From Terriglobia bacterium (lineage in GTDB: Bacteria > Acidobacteriota > Terriglobia > 20CM-2-55-15): a DNA stretch of 64,000 nucleotides. The notes under the pieces were generated by a model, which had not been told where the DNA came from, ran no database searches, and worked only from the letters and a program-made list of their open reading frames with translations. Positions 59,221 to 64,000 of this stretch are shown piece after piece. The stretch lies in assembly GCA_965198225.1 (NCBI GenBank), contig CBDAOY010000009.1, positions 160,001 to 224,000 on the forward strand, given 5' to 3'. The translations under genes and the position numbers were made by a program. The first letter of the stretch is position 1; each line of letters begins with the position of its first letter.

Positions 59221-59574
59221 ATGAACATCAAGATCAAACGGGCATATGAGGAACCCGACGAGGCGGACGGATTCCGGATACTCGTCGACCGCCTCTGGCC
59301 CCGGGGCCTATCCAAGCAGAACGCACGGATCGATTACTGGCCGAAAGAGCTCGCTCCATCGACAGAGCTGCGCCGATGGTACGGCCACGATCCCGAGAAG
59401 TGGCCCGAGTTCAAGTCGCGCTATTTCGCGGAACTGGATGGCGAACCCGACCTGGTAAGCCGGCTTCTGGAATACCTGGGTGACGACACCGTCACCTTCG
59501 TCTTCAGCTCCAAAGAGGAACGGCTGAATAACGCGTTCGCGCTCAGAGAATACGTGTCCCTGCTCGGAAAGTAG
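59221..59574 (+). CDS. DUF488 (YeaO-like) protein
   Basis: IKRAYE, DG.RILVDRLWPRG, APSTELRRWYGH. Confidence 0.92.
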   Translation: MNIKIKRAYEEPDEADGFRILVDRLWPRGLSKQNARIDYWPKELAPSTELRRWYGHDPEKWPEFKSRYFAELDGEPDLVSRLLEYLGDDTVTFVFSSKEERLNNAFALREYVSLLGK

Positions 59575-59684
59575 CCTCCCGGACGAAACACAGCCAACCA
59601 TGGCCGCAGCCAGACGGGAGTTCCTCTACCACTTCCTCGAGTCGGTAACCGCGGCCAGCCGTCGGAGCGTATACTGGCTCCGAC

Positions 59685-60494
59685 ATGAACCCAGACATTC
59701 CCGCGGACAAACTGACCTACGAGAGTTACCTGAAGGTCCCTGAGCTACTGGAGCTGCAAAAGCCCCTTGCGGATCCAGCAAGCCATGATGAGATGCTGTT
59801 CATCATCAGCCACCAGGTGTTCGAGCTCTGGTTCAGACTGATGCTTCACGAGCTGCGTTTGATCCTTTCGCTACTGGATGAGGGCGACATCAGAGAACCC
59901 GAACGCCTGCTGCGGCGGTTGACGGCCACCGTGCGCCTCTTCATTCCCAAGTTGACCGTCCTGGAAACGATGATCCCGTCCGATTTCATCGAGTTCCGGG
60001 ACAACCTGAAGCCGGCAAGCGGCTTCCAGTCGCGACAGTTCCGCGAGATCGAATACATCTGTGGATCAAGAGATCGTCGTTATCTTGCGATGTTTGACGA
60101 CCACCCTGAAGCGCGGCGACAGTTGGAAGCGCGGCTCCGGGAGCCCTCGCTCTGGGACCGCTTCGTGAATCTGCTGGACGGACGCGGCTTCTCGGTCGAG
60201 ACCGACGAGGAACAGGAAACGGCCGTCGTCGAGGTCTACATCAATCCCGATCACCACGAAATAAAGATCCTCTGCGAAGCCATGATCGAGTACGACGAGA
60301 TGTTCTCGCTCTGGCGCGAACATCACGTTCGGATGGCGCAAAGAATGATCGGCCGCAAGGCGGGAACGGGCCAGAAACTGGTCGAGACCGCGTTCGGTCA
60401 GGGACCGCTCGGAACGATGGGCGTGGAGTACCTGACCCAAACGCTCGACAAGAGATTCTTTCCCCTGTTGTGGGCTGCGCGGACGCGGATGTAG
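59685..60494 (+). CDS. kynA: Tryptophan 2,3-dioxygenase
   Basis: YESYL, HDEMLFIISHQ..ELWF, ASGFQS.QFR, WREHH...RMIG.K.GTG. Confidence 0.92.
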   Translation: MNPDIPADKLTYESYLKVPELLELQKPLADPASHDEMLFIISHQVFELWFRLMLHELRLILSLLDEGDIREPERLLRRLTATVRLFIPKLTVLETMIPSDFIEFRDNLKPASGFQSRQFREIEYICGSRDRRYLAMFDDHPEARRQLEARLREPSLWDRFVNLLDGRGFSVETDEEQETAVVEVYINPDHHEIKILCEAMIEYDEMFSLWREHHVRMAQRMIGRKAGTGQKLVETAFGQGPLGTMGVEYLTQTLDKRFFPLLWAARTRM

Positions 60495-60528
60495 GCTCGG
60501 TTCTCACTCTACTCACTCGGGAGGTTCC

Positions 60529-60951
60529 GTGAGCGAAAAAAACAGCTCTCGAAGAAAGGGCGGCATCTTCCTGCCGCCCGGCGAGGGGCGGTCCTACCCG
60601 ATGGGACGCATCAGCGCCGTGTTCAAAGCGGATGGCGACGAGACTGCGCGCGGGTACTCCATCTCCGAATGGCGGCTGGAGCCGCACACGAAGGGGCCCG
60701 GAGCACACTCCCACGAGGAAGACGACGTCTTCTACGTGATCGAAGGAACCATGAGTTTCCTGATCGGTGACCAATGGAGGGAGGCCCGAGAAGGCTCCTT
60801 CGTACTGGCGCCGGGTGGCACGACGCATGATTTCGAGAACCGAAGTTCGAGCCAGGCAGCGGTCCTGAACTTCTCCATCCCCGGCGATTTCGAGAAGAAT
60901 ATGCCGGCAATCGCGAAATGGTTTGCCGAGAACCCCCCGGAGGACGCGTGA
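60529..60951 (+). CDS. Cupin domain protein
   Basis: HSHEEDDVFYVIEG, PGGTTHDFEN. Confidence 0.88.
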   Translation: MSEKNSSRRKGGIFLPPGEGRSYPMGRISAVFKADGDETARGYSISEWRLEPHTKGPGAHSHEEDDVFYVIEGTMSFLIGDQWREAREGSFVLAPGGTTHDFENRSSSQAAVLNFSIPGDFEKNMPAIAKWFAENPPEDA

Positions 60952-61163
60952 ACACGGTTTACCGTGGCAGGCTGAACCTGGGCGTTTTCCACAACCACCG
61001 GCTCGACAATACCTACAAGGGTCGTTACATCGTTCGATTGCCGGACCGTACGCTGGTGTACGCCGATAAGTACGAAAAGCGCGTGACCGAGTACCGACAG
61101 CGGCACGGTGACGCGGAAGAAGGCGCCGGCAGATCGAGCCAGGCCGGTGCCGACATTCGGTAG
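60948..61163 (+). CDS. Small hypothetical protein
   Basis: GTGA overlap with the cupin gene; 71 aa. Confidence 0.4.
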   Translation: MNTVYRGRLNLGVFHNHRLDNTYKGRYIVRLPDRTLVYADKYEKRVTEYRQRHGDAEEGAGRSSQAGADIR

Positions 61164-61181
61164 GAACCTGGCCGGAAACGC

Positions 61182-61657
61182 ATGCAGTGGTACTGGATCA
61201 TCGCGGTCGCTCTCGTTGTCGTATTAGCGATGATGCACCAGTTTGGCATCCTCCGGTTCGATACCTCCCTGCACTGGAGCGCATGGGTTGTTGCGGCTCT
61301 TGTCCTGCTCAACGGCGGCTGGATGGCGTTCGACGGAGGCCGGGCGCTCGTCATCGGGGACTACGTCACCCCGAAGTCCGGACAACTCGCCGGGACTCTG
61401 GGGCCCTGGTCCCGGGTCGTCCAGACGGTTGGCATCGACCCGCGATCGACTCTGATGAAGTTCATGTTTCTCAGCTACGGGCTCGCGTACCTGGCCGCGA
61501 CGGCCGCTTTCCTGCTGGGGACGTCGACAGCGTGGTGGGCGATGCGTTTCTTGCCGTGCTGGGCTTCTGGTACATTCCGTTCGGGACGTTGATCAACCTG
61601 ATCGTGCTGACGCTGCTGCTGCTGACGCCTCTGCGCTCCACCGGCGGAAGTATCTGA
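61182..61657 (+). pseudogene. Membrane protein, frameshifted near 61545
   Basis: Hydrophobic reading continues as AFLAVLGFWYIPFGT in another frame. Confidence 0.7.
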
Positions 61658-61703
61658 CGGCAACACTTCGGGACAGAATTCAAACCGAACGGAGGAATCA
61701 CCA

Positions 61704-62462
61704 TTGAGCGCAGTTGGAAAGGTCGCCATCGTTACCGGAGCCGGGACAGGTATCGGAAGGCAAGCCGCACTTGCTCTTCTGGAGGCGGGGTATGCCGTCG
61801 CGCTGGCCGGCCGTCGTGGGGACCCCCTGGAGGTCACGAAGAGGGAGGCCGGACCGGCCGGGTCGAACAGCCTGGTCGTGCCCACCGATGTCACAGACCC
61901 CGCCTCCGTTCGAGCTCTGTTTGACCGGACCAAAGAAGTCTTTGGACGTCTGGATCTGTTGTTCAACAACGCCGGAACCAATGCGCCGCCAGTCCCGTTA
62001 GAGGACCTGACCTACGACCAATGGAAGACGGTCGTCGACACGAACCTGACCGGTGCGTTCCTGTGTACACAGGAAGCAATCAAGATCATGAAGAACCAAC
62101 GACCCAGAGGTGGGCGTATCATCAACAATGGGTCTATATCGGCCCATGCCCCAAGGCCCGACTCCGCGCCCTATACCGCAACCAAACACGCGATCACCGG
62201 CCTGACAAAATCAACGGCTCTGGACGGGCGCAAATACGACATCGCCTGCGGTCAGATCGACATCGGCAACGCTGCGACGGAGACGACCGATGTAATGACC
62301 GAGGGTGTTCAGCAGGCCAACGGGTCGATCGCCACCGAATCGCGAATGGCTGTGGATGACGTGGCCCGTGCCGTCCTGTACATGGCGGGTCTTTCGCTGG
62401 ATTCGAACGTGCTGTTCATGACGGTCATGGCGACGAAGATGCCCTACGTCGGCCGCGGCTAG
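61704..62462 (+). CDS. Short-chain dehydrogenase/reductase
   Basis: [18 protein letters not shown]. Confidence 0.93.
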   Translation: MSAVGKVAIVTGAGTGIGRQAALALLEAGYAVALAGRRGDPLEVTKREAGPAGSNSLVVPTDVTDPASVRALFDRTKEVFGRLDLLFNNAGTNAPPVPLEDLTYDQWKTVVDTNLTGAFLCTQEAIKIMKNQRPRGGRIINNGSISAHAPRPDSAPYTATKHAITGLTKSTALDGRKYDIACGQIDIGNAATETTDVMTEGVQQANGSIATESRMAVDDVARAVLYMAGLSLDSNVLFMTVMATKMPYVGRG

Positions 62463-62514
62463 CCGAGGACACTACACGGACGGTGTCATTCAGACACGGC
62501 GGGATTCGGAACGG

Positions 62515-63138
62515 ATGAGAATGAAGTCGGAGTACTCCAGATGGCGACCCCATCCCTGGCATGGCTTGACCCCGGGTCCGAACCCGCCGTCGGATCTACA
62601 CGCTTTCGTGGAGATCACACCGTTCGATCTGGTGAAGTACGAGGTCGATAAGACCAGTGGCTACCTCAGGGTGGATCGATCGCAGCGAACATCTTCTCTC
62701 CCGCCGGCCCTCTATGGCTTTGTTCCTCAGACGTACGCGGCGGAGAGGGTCGCCTCGCTGATGCCGGATGTCGACGAGGGGGACCTCGATCCGCTCGACA
62801 TCTGCGTCCTGAGTGAGCGGCCGATTTCAAGAGCCGAGGTGATCGTCGGAACCCGGGTCGTCGGGGGAATTCCCATGATCGACGGGGGGCAGGCCGACGA
62901 CAAGATCGTCGGCATACTCCGCGATGATCCAGTGTTTGGGGAAGTGCACGAAATCGGCGAGGTTCCGAGTGTCCTTATCGACCGCCTGATTCACTATTTC
63001 TCGACCTACAAGCTCGGGCCGGAGTCCCCGGCTGACGTCACTGTGGGCAGGCCATACGGAAGGGCTCATGCTGAGGCTGTCGTGGCTGCCTCTCTGGAAG
63101 ACTATCGCGCCCAGTTCGCCCCCGGGCCGACAAGCTAG
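62515..63138 (+). CDS. ppa: Inorganic pyrophosphatase (family I)
   Basis: [33 protein letters not shown]. Confidence 0.92.
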   Translation: MRMKSEYSRWRPHPWHGLTPGPNPPSDLHAFVEITPFDLVKYEVDKTSGYLRVDRSQRTSSLPPALYGFVPQTYAAERVASLMPDVDEGDLDPLDICVLSERPISRAEVIVGTRVVGGIPMIDGGQADDKIVGILRDDPVFGEVHEIGEVPSVLIDRLIHYFSTYKLGPESPADVTVGRPYGRAHAEAVVAASLEDYRAQFAPGPTS

Positions 63139-63249
63139 AAAGAGTCAAACGTAGCCCCGCTATAGCGCAGAGCACGCTGCGGGTCGAGTTTAGAAGTCGA
63201 CGACTCAACGCCTTTTCGTCCGCCGCAGTCGAGTCGAACGACCCCTGAC

Positions 63250-63430
63250 TTGAGGTACGATATTCCAGAACGGCAGGTGTTCCACGTGAAACCCCCATAC
63301 ATCGAAGACGCTCTGGATCGCACACTGGACCGAAATCCGCGCGTGAGACGGACGGCGCTCCTCGACCTGTGCCCCTGCAGAGTTCGAACCGAGATTGCGG
63401 CTGTCTGGGACCGCCTGCTCGAACCCGGAG
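63250..63430 (+). pseudogene. HEAT-repeat-like gene fragment
   Basis: DRNPRVRRTALLDLCPC..., cut off by the next gene. Confidence 0.4.
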
Positions 63431-63437
63431 GTATGAA

Positions 63438-63971
63438 ATGTACAACCGAGCCTTTCTGCTTCTACCGCTGTTACTAGGCGCGATCGCCTGTCAGCCGCAA
63501 CCCCCCACCGACCAGGACGACCCGATCCCCATTCTCTCGCCGCTTCACGGTGCCTGGCGCGGTCTGGACATCCAGACCGTTTCGGCGGGGGGGGGAGTCA
63601 CCGAGGTCGACATGCAGGAGAACCTGCTCCTGTTCACGGAGGGGTACTACACGATCGCCTACAGCTCCGGCGATGAGCGGTTTCCGCTGTTCGCCGAGAG
63701 GTGGGCGGCCGCTGACGAGGAAAAGGTAGCCCGGATCGACTCCATCGTCGTGAACGGCGGCACGTACGACGTGACGGGTTCGACGCTGGTCATGCGGCCG
63801 CAGTTCGCGATCGCCCCCGGGTTCGTCAACGGCAGGAGCGAATACGAATACGAAATATCGGGCGACGCCCTGACGCTGACTCTGACGAACGTCGTATCCT
63901 CAGACGACATCCAGCTGCCGGCGTTCGCCGACGGTGGTCGAACCATATACCGGCTCGCGAGGCTCGAGTAG
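63438..63971 (+). CDS. Lipocalin-like lipoprotein
   Basis: GGAGG RBS, AIAC lipobox, LHGAW, GTYDV.G.TL. Confidence 0.65.
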   Translation: MYNRAFLLLPLLLGAIACQPQPPTDQDDPIPILSPLHGAWRGLDIQTVSAGGGVTEVDMQENLLLFTEGYYTIAYSSGDERFPLFAERWAAADEEKVARIDSIVVNGGTYDVTGSTLVMRPQFAIAPGFVNGRSEYEYEISGDALTLTLTNVVSSDDIQLPAFADGGRTIYRLARLE

Positions 63972-64000
63972 CGGGCGGCATTTCGAGCCGAGCAATCATG

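Noticed and set aside
63139-63250. Possible attC or structured RNA after ppa
   Set aside because: Only weak pairing and no convincing R''/R' core sites.

Overview
GC-rich bacterial chromosomal window; gene content and style suggest Acidobacteriota (inference). It contains housekeeping blocks (hslVU, plsC-folC, accD, gltX, dciA-gatCA, skp, ppa, kynA) among many secreted hydrolases, PQQ/heme proteins, TRAP and ABC transporters and a TonB receptor. No rRNA, tRNA or CRISPR array was seen. Main points not shown by the ORF track: (1) a probable selenoprotein gene (ArsC/Spx fold, UxxC, in-frame TGA plus SECIS-like hairpin) coupled to gltX, and an orphan SenA-like enzyme; (2) a family of TA-flanked, IS630-like non-autonomous elements built from interchangeable and invertible hairpin modules (0, 2 or 4 per copy) sharing a CGTTG/CTCCT internal-loop motif; (3) a decayed integron, with an IntI C-terminal remnant fused to one of these elements, cassette-like small genes, and a separate AT-rich cassette with an attC-like site; (4) two-type GTAG REP doublets; (5) many frameshifted or internally deleted genes, two of them frameshifted by short tandem duplications. 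All calls come from reading motifs by eye; no database searches were run.
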